A stretch of DNA of 63,477 bases, the filler included, from Octopus bimaculoides (Eukaryota), in assembly GCF_001194135.2 (NCBI RefSeq). It is 3 parts of 3 records of this genome, joined end to end, with 100 filler letters (N's around TTAATTAATTAA, not from the genome) between each part and the next. Parts side by side here need not be neighbours in the genome. Positions count along the whole stretch, not along the records: positions 1 to 19,945 come from NC_068985.1; positions 20,046 to 40,142 come from NC_069009.1; 1 more part is not named here. The stretch is one strand, 5' to 3'. This document shows, piece by piece, positions 14,736 through 26,883 of this stretch (the first letter of the stretch is position 1; each line of letters opens with the position of its first letter). The position numbers and the translations under genes were made by a program. The notes under the pieces were generated by a model that had not been told where the DNA came from, did no database searches, and saw nothing but the letters and a program-made list of their open reading frames with translations.

Positions 14736-17700
14736 GTCTTGTAAACTACAGAAGTTATAACTCGACAAAATTCACTACACGTTGTAGTTTTTGTAGCGGG
14801 CCCAATAAAGATTTGAGGTCCCAAATTCCTACTGAAATTGTAAAAACTCAAAAATGACTTGAAATTTGAAAATTGTGGGGAGAACTTGATAAGAATTCTA
14901 TACCCCGTGCAAATTTGGCAGAGTAATTTACATTTTATTCAAAAAAAGAAACGGTTACATGTCCAAAAGCAGCAAAACCGACTAGAACATACCTGCACCA
15001 TAATGTGATAGTGATGCACAGAGGACCCAAATACAGTGTCAAACACGTTGTACAAGGTCTAGTGCTTTAGCATCTGAACAAAACCACTCGATAGTAAATG
15101 CCAAATATCGTGTGTCAGATCTCAAAACCAACAGAGCGGGTAAGAGATTTTAGTACTTGGCTACTAATATAAAGAACAAGAGCTACAATTGAAGCAAGAT
15201 CAGCCGATGGATTACAAGTTTTAAAAGTCAAGTACGCAAGCTATATGTTATCTATGATGAGCTAACGAGGATATCCCTTGCGTTGTCGCTGGACCTTCTA
15301 GGAATAATAATGGTTTCAAATTTTGCCACGAGGACAGCAATTTTCGGGGAGGAGATGAGTCGATTACATCGACCCGTGTTCAACTGGTACTTATTTTATC
15401 GACCCCTGTGTTCAACTGGTACTTATTTTATCGATCCCAAAAGGATGAAAGGCAAAGCCAACTTCGGTGGAATTTGAAATCAAAACGTAACGACGGTCGA
15501 AATACCGTTAAGCATTTCGCTCGGTGTGCTAAAGATTCTGCCAGCTCGCCGCTCTTTTAAATAATACCCGACCGTCTTAAATAAGGGGAGATTATTAGTA
15601 GATACTGTAGAGTAGTTTTAGTTCTAAAAAGAAGGCATGATCACGGAAGTTTTTGATCATAGTTTTTATTTGATCGGCGTTAGCTTGGGATCACTTATTA
15701 AGCAATAACAACCACAACCACAACCACAACAACGACAACAAGTTGATTGACTTCATGGACTACTCGCTGAACTCAAATATCCAATAATGCTATTGTTCAC
15801 GAAGACATATGGTAAATGAAAAAAATATTGATTATTTTGCATGATTAATATGAAAGTCCATGCTATATTGCATTATTTCTAAATATTCCTTAACATCATC
15901 AAAGCAACGTCCTCTCTCTTTCCCACACCGACAGCACAGAATATTTGGTTTCTATATAAGACAGTTATAAAATAGTGGAAGATTCAACTAACGGCAAAGG
16001 AGTCCCCTTCCTCTTTACATCCATTTTAAACAGTGGAAATGCGCTTACATTTTTATAATTTCGTATGCCGTGTTTTACATAAAGTATATAGCTCTGTTTG
16101 TGAGAAACTGTGAAAAGCACAAATACACAAATCCAGCACTATCCATTGTGTAAATGGTTTAAATTGCGACTGGATTATAAAAGCTGAATATTCTGTGCAA
16201 TCAATTGGGGATGCATATCGAGTGCGTCTCAGCTGAAGAGCAGTCAGCAAACTACAGAAGAATAAGTCGTAAGTCTCGCGCATCTTTTCCGTACAACAAA
16301 TGCATTGAACAAATGCGTCTATTAGCTTTTAATTCCATCTNNNNNNNNNNNNNNNNNNNNNNNNNNNNNNNNNNNNNNNNNNNNNNNNNNNNNNNNNNNN
16401 NNNNNNNNNNNNNNNNNNNNNNNNNNNNNNNNNNNNNNNNNNNTATATATATATATATATATCGTTCGGCTTAACGGACCTTAACGTTGTTTTCACTGTT
16501 TAATTTTTCCTGTCTTGGTTTTTGTTTGCTACTTTGGAATCCTCCGCTTAGCAGGTTAATCCACTTCGCGGGAAGAGCTATTCTAAGACCGCGTTCTACC
16601 TTATCTTCGAAACGCCTAGTTTAGAATAGAGGCAGCTGATGAAAGAAAAGTTCCAAAAGTGGCTTGTCTGTTTTCCTATGTGTTCATTCTGTTGTCCGTA
16701 AAAAAGTCCGTTTTTTTGTGCTTTCTTTATGCTCTCGATCCTTTTTTGTCCACGTTTTTTGGCGTCCTGTGCCCGGATATGCATCTATATATACATGTAG
16801 ATGTAGGTACGTACATATATGTATGTATACATCCATATGCTCATATATCATTTGTATTATATATATGTAAAAAATACAAAAATGGGACAAGAATGCAAAA
16901 CATCTCGACAGACGATACAAGGAAAACAAGGACGGGTCATTCGGAGTTTTCTATCCTCAGTCGAGTTCCAGATTATCGCATACGCACACACACGCACACT
17001 CTCACACACACATACACAAAAGCTTACATGTATGCATACGTATACAAATATATTACTAATAAAAACGAGACAAAAACCATGTGAAAAGTAGCTACCTAGG
17101 GTTTCCTGACCAGAATTTTAAGTATATTTTGTCGTTTCTCAAGCTGGTAATGTCAATATGGTGGGTTAGCTCCTCCGTATGAGTGAAGTGATGTTTAAAA
17201 GACCATATACATGCATTAAAAAGACTGAGAGTGATCAAGGGGAGAGCAAGTAGAGCCAGACTCTAATAAGGGGATAAAATTTCGCAAACCAACACGGGAA
17301 GCACATAAGATAAATAAACAGTGGGAAGATTATTGGGATTATAGATGTTGTTCCAATGACGTTCGTTGTTCCAGAAGATGACCCGTTGTTGTTCAGCAGC
17401 TAATTACACTTGGAACTTCCAATGCAGCGGTTGCAAATGACCACAATGGTGAAACAGACGTAGGGAACAAATAATATAAACGTGTGTTTATCATAATTTC
17501 TCCAACATTTGCTCTTTATAATCATAACCAGTAATATTAACAAGCATAATAATAATTATACCAGTCTACTAGAAGCAGATTGGATGGTAAAATTCTACAT
17601 GTTACTCTAAACTCACCAGAAGCAGTCGTACATCTAACTGTACACACAAGATAAACTATATACTCCACTCCACTATACCATACAATACTATACCATACAA

Positions 17701-17751
17701 TACTATACCATACAAGACTATACGTGAAGGTCATTCAAAGTAGACCTTACA

Positions 17752-18238
17752 CAACGTTCCAGCAAGATGGGGCAACTCTTCATACCACAAGAGAAACAAT
17801 GCAGTTGCTATGGCAGTGCTTTGGAGAGAGAATAATCTCCCACTACGGCAATGTCAACTAGCTTTCACGTTCCCCAGACTTGACTAATCCGGATTTTTTC
17901 TTGTGGGGATACCTGAAACAGAGGGTTTACATCAACAAACCGGAGACCCTGGGGCAACTGAAGAACATCAATAGAGAAATTAGAGAAGCTGGGGTCTGAA
18001 ACTCTTGAGGGTGTTATGGTGCAAGTTTTGGAAAGATCATGGGCGTGCGAAGCTAAAAAGGGCTGCCATTTAAGCGATGTCATTTTTCATATGTAATGTA
18101 GTGGTGTTGCAAAATTTGACTTGTGCATATTAATTTCCATTATGTCCTTTATATTGTATCAAAATTTCATGCATTTATTTGTAAAGTTAAGGAAGTTACT
18201 AAAAATTGAAACCCATCAGTGACTTTTGGGACAACATG

Positions 18239-18240
<2 letters not shown>
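17752..18240 (+). mobile_element. DD41D (rosa-like) Tc1/mariner transposase C-terminal remnant with right TIR
   Basis: FQQDGATLHT...SRSPDLTNPDFFLWGYLKQRVY, with 41 residues between the catalytic Ds and one stop. Ends ttttgggacaacatg-TA. Confidence 0.8.
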
Positions 18241-18270
<30 letters not shown>

Positions 18271-18321
18271 ATACACACACATCTATAGACAAATATATAT
18301 ATACACACGCACACACATGTC

Positions 18322-18479
18322 GGCTTGGCTGTGTGGTAAGAAGTTTACTTCTCAACTTCATGGTTCCGGGTTCAGTCATACTGCATGGACCCTTGGGCAA
18401 GTGTCTTCTACTCTAGCCTCGGGCGGGCCGACCAAAGCTTTGTGAGTGGATCTGGTTAGGAAACTGAAAGAACCTCGTC

Positions 18480-18525
<46 letters not shown>

Positions 18526-18730
18526 ATTGTGTGTGTGTGTCTTTGTGTCTGTGTTTGTCCACCACCACTGCTTGGCGATCGGTGTCAGTGTGTTTATGTC
18601 CCTGTAACTTAGCTTTAAAAATAGCTAAGTACTGATGGTTTATTCATTCGACTAAAACTTCTTCAAAGTGGTGCCTCAGCATGACCGCAGTCTAATGACT
18701 GAAAGAAGTAAAAGAATAAAAGAATATACA
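18322..18730 (+). mobile_element. SINE family 2 (tRNA-like head, ccttgggcaagtg core, internal microsatellite, conserved 3' half). Other pieces at ~1865-2025, 20985-21190, 27490-27800, 32302-32820, 45615-45830, 49170-49275, 53630-53740, 54000-54190, 62500-62590.
   Basis: The head ggctgtgtggtaag...ccgggttcagtccc and the 3' block ctccagcatggccgcagtc...actgaaacaagtaaaaga recur in both orientations. Confidence 0.8.
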
Positions 18731-18999
18731 GAATTTATAATCACACACATAAACATACATCGATACATGTATACTTGCATACACACACACTCACACATAC
18801 ATACATACATACATACATACATACATACATACACACACACATACATACACACACAGATACATACATACATACATGAACACACAGATACATACATACATAC
18901 ATGAACACACATACATACATAAATATATACACACATGTATACATACAAACATACATACATACATGCATGCATGCATACATAATACAGACATACATATTC

Positions 19000-19150
19000 A
19001 TACCAATAATAATTGGAGCACTAGGTTTTGTTAGTAAATGCTTAAAGGAGAATCTGGATAAACTGGGATTTTCAGAAAGAGAAATCGACTGGCCAATTCG
19101 TGCAAGTGCAGTCTGTAAGTGGAACAGTAAAAATGTGCAAGACTTCTTTC
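19000..19150 (+). mobile_element. RLE-type LINE C-terminal remnant
   Basis: PIIIGALGFVSKCLKENLDKLGF resembles the PIIVGALG motif at 22650. Confidence 0.45.
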
Positions 19151-19837
19151 AAGTTCCAAATGTGAATTTGTCTGAGTTAACTACATACCAAAGATGGAGC
19201 CTTGTATCTTTGTTGGAAACGGCTCCCTCCTCAGTGGGAGATTTAAAATCATTAGAAAATAGAAGAGACATACATACATACATACATACATACATGCATG
19301 CATACATACATGCACACATACGTACATACATACATCTCAATATCAAAAGCAAGATTGGAATCGGAATGCTTCGAGGCTCTTTTTGATATACAAGTCTTCA
19401 CTAGAATCCAAGAAAACTATAAAACCTGTTTCCAAGATTTACTGATGAAATTCATGTCTGGTAAAGAAGTTTAATTTACAGCGTGACTGTTTAAAATCTT
19501 AATTGAGGAAAACCACGTCACGGTCGACTTGATAAAAAATTTCCTTGTTTTTTTAAAATCTTTTTCAGCAGGTGTTGTCAGATTAATGGCGGCGTTTAGC
19601 AAATAATGGCACGTAAACTTGTGTGCTTGTACGTGTGTGACACTGACTATATATGTATATGAGTGTGCTTATGTGTGTGCGTATGTGTGTGTGTGCCTGC
19701 TTGTATGTGTGTGCGTGTGTACGTAAATTTTATGATATGTGTAGTGTTAGAGTGATTGATACATATGTAGATTTAAGTATGCACACATACACACACACCC
19801 ATATCCATCCTTCCATCCATCCATCCATCTATCTATC

Positions 19838-19914
<77 letters not shown>

Positions 19915-19945
19915 GTCTGTCTCTCAATATATATATATATATATA

Positions 19946-20045
19946 NNNNNNNNNNNNNNNNNNNNNNNNNNNNNNNNNNNNNNNNNNNNTTAATTAATTA
20001 ANNNNNNNNNNNNNNNNNNNNNNNNNNNNNNNNNNNNNNNNNNNN
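19946..20045. other. Synthetic scaffold-joining spacer (44N-TTAATTAATTAA-44N)
   Basis: The 12-mer places stops in all six frames, is centred in exactly 100 nt, and recurs identically at 40143-40242. Confidence 0.9.
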
Positions 20046-20497
20046 CTGCTGCTCTCACCTTCGCCGTAATAACCTCGCATTTCTGAGATATCCTCATGTC
20101 CGTTCTCCAAAACCTGCAAGTTCTGAAGGGCTGGCAGATAGGCGAATAGATCCAGAACCCGTTGGCTTATTTCCGAAATCCTAGTGTTCGGTGTCGAGTC
20201 GTTGGTGTGTTCAGCCGCTTTCACCGCTTCTTTTTTTGCCATAGATACGATATTTTTCCATTTTTTCTTCACCTCACGAACGGTTCTTTTAACGCCTGGG
20301 TTCCTCAAATGTAATCCAACCGTGATTTCAGACCAGATGTTGTTTTTCCTGCGGTTTGTGTCCGTGCTACAGAACTTAGCCGTGAGGATATCTTTGTGTT
20401 TTTCAAACTGCTCCACCAGATACAGTGTTTCGGTGCCTGTGAAAAACGGTTTTCTTTTACGACTCTCGAGTAAATTGCATGAAAACGAGTATGTCAT
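20046..20497 (-). CDS. Myb/SANT-like DNA-binding domain protein (Myb_DNA-bind_5 type; MSANTD/NAIF1-like), 3' end truncated at the scaffold edge
   Basis: Open frame RKRKPFFTGTETLYLV...KNNIWSEIT...RTVREVKKKWKNI. The ATG is in a strong context (gccaacATG) with an in-frame upstream TAA. The frame stays open until the N spacer. Confidence 0.85.
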
Positions 20498-22399
20498 GTT
20501 GGCCTCTTGTTTTTAAAGCATCTACTCGTGACCTTAATTCAACTTCAGACGAAGGAGGCAACAAAAACCTGCTTTTCTAGCAAAATCTCTCATTACACTT
20601 CTTCCATCTTACTATTTAACAAGCCATCTTTGCAAATTTTATTTTCGTATTTACCTTATTCAACGCCGGAAATCTTTTTAATATATTTATAAAATGTAAC
20701 AAAATACATTTATAAAACTAGATTTTACTAGATTTTATAAAATAAAACGGAAGCAACACTTTAAAAAAAATTGTTTGTCTTTGCTGCAGATACGACAATA
20801 AAACTGCTTTGATTTTTATATGTATATTTTTTTGGTATCAGCAACGGTTTTTTAAACAAACTTTTCGTAATTACAAAATATTAAAATAAATGTAAGAAAA
20901 TGTACCAGGATTAAAAGAATATTCTTCGCTGTTTACTATTTTCTTTCATTCTTTTTTTTTTCTTGTAAAGACGGTTGTCATTTATCTTTTACTTGTTTCA
21001 GCTATTCGACTGTGGCCATGCTAGAGCACCGTTTTGAATAGCTTTTGTTGTCGAACAAATCGACCCTGGAACTCTTTGTTTAAGCCTATAACTTATGCTG
21101 TCTGTCTCTTTCGCTGAACCGTTAATGTTACAGGGGCGTAAACAAGCCAACACCGGTTGCCCGGCAGTGACGGGGAACAAACACATACTCTCTCTGTGTC
21201 TGTCTATGTGTGTATGTATGTAGATATATTATATAAAATTCGTGCGTCCGTCTTTCACGCTGGCATGGGTTGGACTGTTTGACAGGAATAGACAAGTCAG
21301 AAGACTACCCCAAGCTCTGCTGCCTGTTTTGTCGTGGTTTCTAAGGCTGGAGGCCTGTTCTAATGCCAACCAGTTTACAGAGTGTACTGGGCCCTTTTTA
21401 CATGGCATCAACAGTAGTGATTTCACCAATTAACTTACAGGATGAGACCCACCCCTCTAAACTGGGGTGAGGTAGTATTGAGCAACAGAAAGGTGTTTTA
21501 TGTTTGAAGAGAGACAAAGCTTCCTCAGATGGAGAAGAGAGAAAGATGGTGAAGATATTGACAGAGAGTGACAGTATATAGAGGATGGGTAGGTGGGTGA
21601 ATTCACAAGATTTCAAAAGGAGAGTGGGAACTAGATGTGGGGAGGAGGGATATAACAGGCAGGTAGATGGACATGTGTGGGAGAATGGATGGAGGTGGGA
21701 GAACAGTGATGGTGAGCATGGGTAGGTTGTGGAAAGAGGAGGGGTTCATGGACATGGATTTTACATTGCTGGGCAGGTCTTCTCAAGCACAGCAAATCAC
21801 CAGTTGTCTTGGTTCTTTGTCATCCCCTCTGTGAGGCTCACCATTTGAAGATCGTTTCTCACCACTGCATCCCATGTCATCTTGGGTCTTCCTCTTCTGT
21901 ATGTTTCCTCCATATTTAGAGATATGGAGGAAATCTATGTTTCTTTTTCAAAAATTGATTGATGCAATCACAATATTTAAAGATTTTCTATATATATATA
22001 TATATATATATTTCATATATATATATAATAATAATATTAGGGACAAAATCCGAAATTACAGGTAAAAACTCAATTAAAATCAATTTATAAAAAATTAAAA
22101 TTAAATTGAGCTTTACAGAGTAAAATATATATAAAATATATAGTTTTAGGGAAAAGAACCAAGATTCATGAACTCATCGATGAAAATCCACTATCACATA
22201 TAGAAAAGTTAATAATTAAAAGCACAATAAATGAGTATAATATAAAACAAAGTAAATATCATAAGATAAAGATAATATATATATAATATATATATTATAT
22301 ATAAAGTTAGATATGGCCAGATAATAGGATTGGAAATTGTTACAATGCGGGTATACACACTTGGTATAAAATGTTATTCCACAAATAGTTGGTTGAGAT

Positions 22400-22900
22400 T
22401 ATCTAAAAAGAACAGATTGCAAAAACATATGTTAAGACAGACTGCACCCTGTACGACTTGAACATAGGTCTGATACTTAATATTCCCAAGATTCCAAGTT
22501 CGAGAAAAAGAAAAAAAATGCTTTCTAATTGATGTATCAATACCAGCAGATGACAACGTTTCTCTAAAAGAAATGGAAAAACTTTCAAAATACAAAGACC
22601 TGGAAATAGAGATAACTCGAATGTGGAGTCTAAAATCAGAAACAATTCCTATCATAGTAGGTGCCTTAGGTATAATAAAAAAATATTCAGACAAATACAT
22701 AACAAAAACACCAGGACTTACAAATATATATAACATACAGAAAATTGCACTACTGGGCACTGCACACATCCTACGCAAAGCCCTTTCAATACAGTAACCA
22801 TAAGAGCACCACAGCACATACCCAAGGCGCACAGAGCTGCGCTCGGTAGTGAAGTGAAAGCACATTATAAAAATAAAACTACTGAACAATAATAATAATA
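22400..22900 (+). mobile_element. 3' end of an RLE-type non-LTR retrotransposon (R4/Dong-like) ending in (TAA)n
   Basis: FLIDVSIPADDN..EKLSKYKDLEIEITRMW..PIIVGALG..QKIALLGTAHILRK is the restriction-like endonuclease C-terminus; an (AAT)n run follows. Confidence 0.75.
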
Positions 22901-22929
22901 ATAATAACAACAACAACATTGTAAAATGC

Positions 22930-23060
22930 CTTAGGAATGAGAATCCAGGTTCGAAATTTCCCCCCAAGACACCCGAAGAAGGCTGGAGGGTATATCAGCC
23001 GAAACGTTGTGTTAACAACAAGATGAGAACAAATATCTGTCAAATGTAAATAATGTCAGT
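22930..23060 (+). mobile_element. Penelope-like terminal fragment
   Basis: The cccgaagaaggctg...cagccgaaacgttg motif is typical of Penelope-like ends. Confidence 0.45.
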
Positions 23061-23819
23061 ATTCACTGTTAAACCAACTACCCTCTTTGACAGTTCACCC
23101 AGTTCTTATTTATTGTAATTGGTTAGTTCACCTTCAGGATTCTCCCATGATAGAAATGTCACTGACAATTCTCTTACATCGATCACACAAGGTCAAGACG
23201 AGGGGACACACACACGCACACACATTTATGGCGGCGAGCTGGCAGAACCGTTAGCGCACCGGGCGAAATGCTTAGCGGTATTTCGTCTGCCCGCTACGTT
23301 CTGAGTTCAAATTCCGCCGAGGTCGACTTTGCCTTTCATCCTTTCGGTGTCGATTAAATAAGTACCAGTTACGCACTGGGGTCGATATAATCGATTTAAT
23401 CCGTTTGTCTGTCCTTGTTTGTCCCCTCTGTGTGTAGCCCCTTGTGGGTAGTAAAGAAATAACACACATTTATAAATATATTTATTACTGTTTTGATCAG
23501 AGTATTGAATGTTGCTGTGCATCACTGGTCACAGTGTGCTTTGCATCGTTTTAGCTTTCGAATGATCCCACCCCACTGTCTACGTAGACAGGCCAACATT
23601 CCCTCCTGATCACTGCAGGGTTATCTGTTTACAGTTGATTGGACTGGAGGAATGGGAAATGAAGTTTTTTTTACTCAGACACAACACACTGCTCAGTCCA
23701 GGAATTGAACTCACGATCTAGCTATTGTTACTGCAACGCCCTAAGCACTAGGTCACATGTCTTCACACACAGGCACATATATGTCAAGGTGCATGGCTTA
23801 GTGGTTAGAGTGTCAGATG

Positions 23820-24150
23820 AAAGGTGTTCCTCCATCAGTATAATGCTCAGCCACATACAGCAAGGATAACATTCCAAAGATTGAATGGAAGACGATGCCC
23901 CACCCACCATATTTACCGGACATTGCCCCATCTGGTTATCATTTGTTCCACAGTCTTCATAATCATGTGGACAGAAAAAATATGAATTCTGTAGATGAGG
24001 TCAGAACAGTACTGGAGGAGTATTTTTTTGTTACAGACAAGTGAGTTTTGGAAGAGAGGCCTTGCAAGTCCAGCAGATAGATGGAAGTGCGTTGTAGAAA
24101 ATGAAGGAGAGTATATTTTAGATTAAAAAAGAACTTTGTTTATCTTAATT
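23820..24150 (+). mobile_element. Mariner transposase C-terminal remnant
   Basis: PHPPYLPDIAPSGYHLFHSL ... RWKCVVENEGEYILD*. Confidence 0.8.
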
Positions 24151-25139
24151 TTTAAAAATAAAAGAAGTATAAAAAAAAAACGCATTCCAGGTGTCAAAAC
24201 AAAATCTTGTATCAAAAGGCCTTAAAGTTAAATTAGCAAAAACCAAGATCCTAGTAAGAAAGAAATCAGACAGGACGTTACTGACTTTAGCTTGATAGGT
24301 AGAAAGGGTGTAGGCAGTTGGTATATGAGAGGACAGACAACAATAGAGTCCATGCCAAAGTAGACATTGAAGCAAAGTAGAAGTCAGATCAGTCGTACCA
24401 TGGGTTAGAACCCATGGCAGCTTTGGACATAGGTGTTAAATGGTGATGATGTGCATGTCTGTGCTTGTGTCAATGGTTCATGTTCTGCATTTTATTCTTT
24501 TACTTGTTTCAGTCATGGCCCTGTTTCTCTGTACCATTGTCATCCGGTAGCCTATGCCCCCACCACTCTATATACCCAGGTTTTTGTCACTCACTGCATT
24601 CTCCTTTCCCACTCTCTACTCATGCTTCTTTGGCAATATCCTGCCACTTCTATTATGACCTTCGAACCTCAAGGGTATGCTCTGGCACTTGCCACCATCT
24701 ATCTCTCTCTTCTTTTATTTGACCATCCCATTTATCTCCTGATCCCTGTCCTCTGTGAGTATGCCCAACACTCAGTTACCATCTTTATCCTGTTATCTCC
24801 CACACACTCTCTCCTTCTCCTACTCTCCTTTCAGGTTGGGTAACCATGTGTCTCCTTTACAGCAGCACACCCGTTTCTGTTCTCATTCCTGGTCTCTCTC
24901 TCTCTCTCTGACTGGGTAATCTTGTTCCTCCTCTACAGCAAGACACCTGTTTCTGTCTCCCTGTCTCACTATAACCTTTCATCATCTGACACAAGATAAC
25001 CTCTTCCAATGCCCCCCTTCCCTCTCAAAAGACCTTTGTCTTTCTAGTGACTTGGCGATGCTGTCAGTACGGGTGCCACTTAAAAAGTATCCAGTCAACA
25101 CCATAAACTGGTGGGTGTTTGGAAGGGCATCCAGCTATA

Positions 25140-25441
25140 AAAAATATGCCAGTTACTGACTGACAGAGTTTAAAACACAAGTGGCAGATTTTATTCAAGT
25201 TTCTTCTATATCTTTGCCCTTTGGAATCTGATTCTGAAGGGATGCTTTTGTGAAGTAGCAGATGTCTTTTAAGTCCAGATATTGTCTTACAAGTTTTTTG
25301 ACATATGACACAAGTCGTATGAAGCGATTGGTATCCAAGATCATTACCTATCTGGGCATTACGATTTTCATGTGACTTCATTTGATTCGCATATCCTGCT
25401 TTCGACAACAGAAAAATCTCTATAAGAGATGAGAATAACAA
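25140..25441 (-). mobile_element. C2H2 zinc-finger-like fragment, probably a LINE ORF2 C-terminus
   Basis: CVICQKTCKTISGLKRHLLLH plus the partial fingers AGYANQMKSH and CHLCFKLCQSVTG. I saw no splice or exon support. Confidence 0.45.
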
Positions 25442-26467
25442 CTATACTAACAAATAAAGATAATCTTTTTTACTCTAGGCGCAAGGCCCGAAATTTTGAG
25501 GGGAGAGGGGGGGCAGTCGATTAGATTGACCCAGTACGCAACTGGTACTTAATTTATCGACCCTGAAAGGATGGAAGACAAAGTCGACCTCTGCGGAATT
25601 TGAACTCAGAAAGTAAAGACAGACGAAATACCGCTAAGCATTTCGCCCGGTGTGCTAAAGTTTCTTATTTATTTACTGCCCACAGGAGGCTACACACAGA
25701 GGGGACAAACGGATTAAGTCGATTATATCGACCCCAGTGCGTAACTGGTACTTAATTTATCGACCCCGAAGGGATGAAAGGCAAAGTCGACCTCGGCGGA
25801 GTTTGAACTCAGAACGTAACGGCAGACGGCCAGCTCGCCGCCTTAACAAGTAAATATAATCACCACATCAACGTGTCTCTGTCGTCTGCTGGAGGATAGT
25901 AGGGCTTTGCTCCCCTGCTGGCAATATCTGTATGTTCAGGGTGCAGCGCTGCACCGATAACCAGCCTGGCGGAAGATCTGCCTGGGGTTAAATTAGTGGT
26001 AGCACGAACAGCCACATAGATGTGGCGATTACCTTTATTTGTTTGTATAGTTACTACTCTCATCTCTTATTGAGATTTTACGACTATATATATGTGTATG
26101 TGCGAGTGTGTGTGCGTGTATATATACAGTTAATAAAACATATACCACAACTTTATATATACATGTGTGTATGTTTATATATAGATGTGTGTGTGTATAG
26201 ATATATATACACATACATATTTATACATATATATATATATATATATAATCAAAATAGGTAACAGGATTTCAAGTAGTAATTGAGGTGAAATGAGTATATA
26301 TGTATGTGTGAGTATATGTATATATATATATTTCATATCTGATGTTATATTACATATTTTATTATATCATTTTTTTATAGTATCAGCGGTAAGCGAGAGG
26401 AAAATACGCAACTAAAACAGCCATCTTCCACCTGCGCAAGAGAGAATTATGGGATATTGACATCCGG

Positions 26468-26483
26468 GTCTCTTTCTTTCCCA
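26468..26483 (+). promoter_or_regulatory. TCT-motif initiator / 5'TOP pyrimidine tract of RPS13
   Basis: tctctttctttccc lies ~25 nt upstream of the ATG and fits the YYC(+1)TTTYY TCT consensus typical of ribosomal-protein genes. Confidence 0.75.
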
Positions 26484-26497
26484 CTCTACTCCTCAAC

Positions 26498-26520
26498 ATG
26501 GGTCGTATGCACTGTCCAGG
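26498..26520 (+). CDS. RPS13: 40S ribosomal protein S13 (uS15), coding exon 1 (MGRMHCPG)
   Basis: ctcaacATG GGT CGT ATG CAC TGT CCA GG followed by donor gtgagt. Matches the RPS13 N-terminus MGRMHxPG and joins exon 2 in phase 2. Confidence 0.95.
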
Positions 26521-26872
26521 GTGAGTGAATAGAAATCTATTTTTCATCAATAATTAACAAATTCTTCAGCAATTTTTCACCATATTTCCTTTGTTAAAGT
26601 CGTAAATGTTCCCCTGGTATGCAATTTTCAGTAAATTCTATTTGGCTTTTCGGTGAAATTAGAAAATAACGTGGTGAAATGTCGAGTTCTCTGTGAATGA
26701 AAAAGATGTTGCGGTTTATTTTATTAATAATGAACAATTCAGCAAGTTTTCATTTTACTTCACATGTAACATCTCGGTGTGCAAATTTCAGTGAAATCTT
26801 TTGTACTTTTCGGTGTAATTAATGGATAATTCGTGGTGAAATATGGGTTTTGCGTAAATGTAAGAGACTTTC

Positions 26873-26883
26873 AAGATGGCGGC
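26873..26883 (+). promoter_or_regulatory. YY1-type motif (AAGATGGCGGC) in RPS13 intron 1; a second GCCATCTT lies at 26420-26427 upstream of the start
   Basis: Exact match to the YY1 consensus in the CpG-richer promoter-proximal region. Binding is not demonstrated. Confidence 0.5.

Noticed and set aside
14201-15011. 47-bp near-identical direct repeat (14201-14247 and 14965-15011)
   Set aside because: Short, with no evident structure or coding context; probably a fragmented old repeat.
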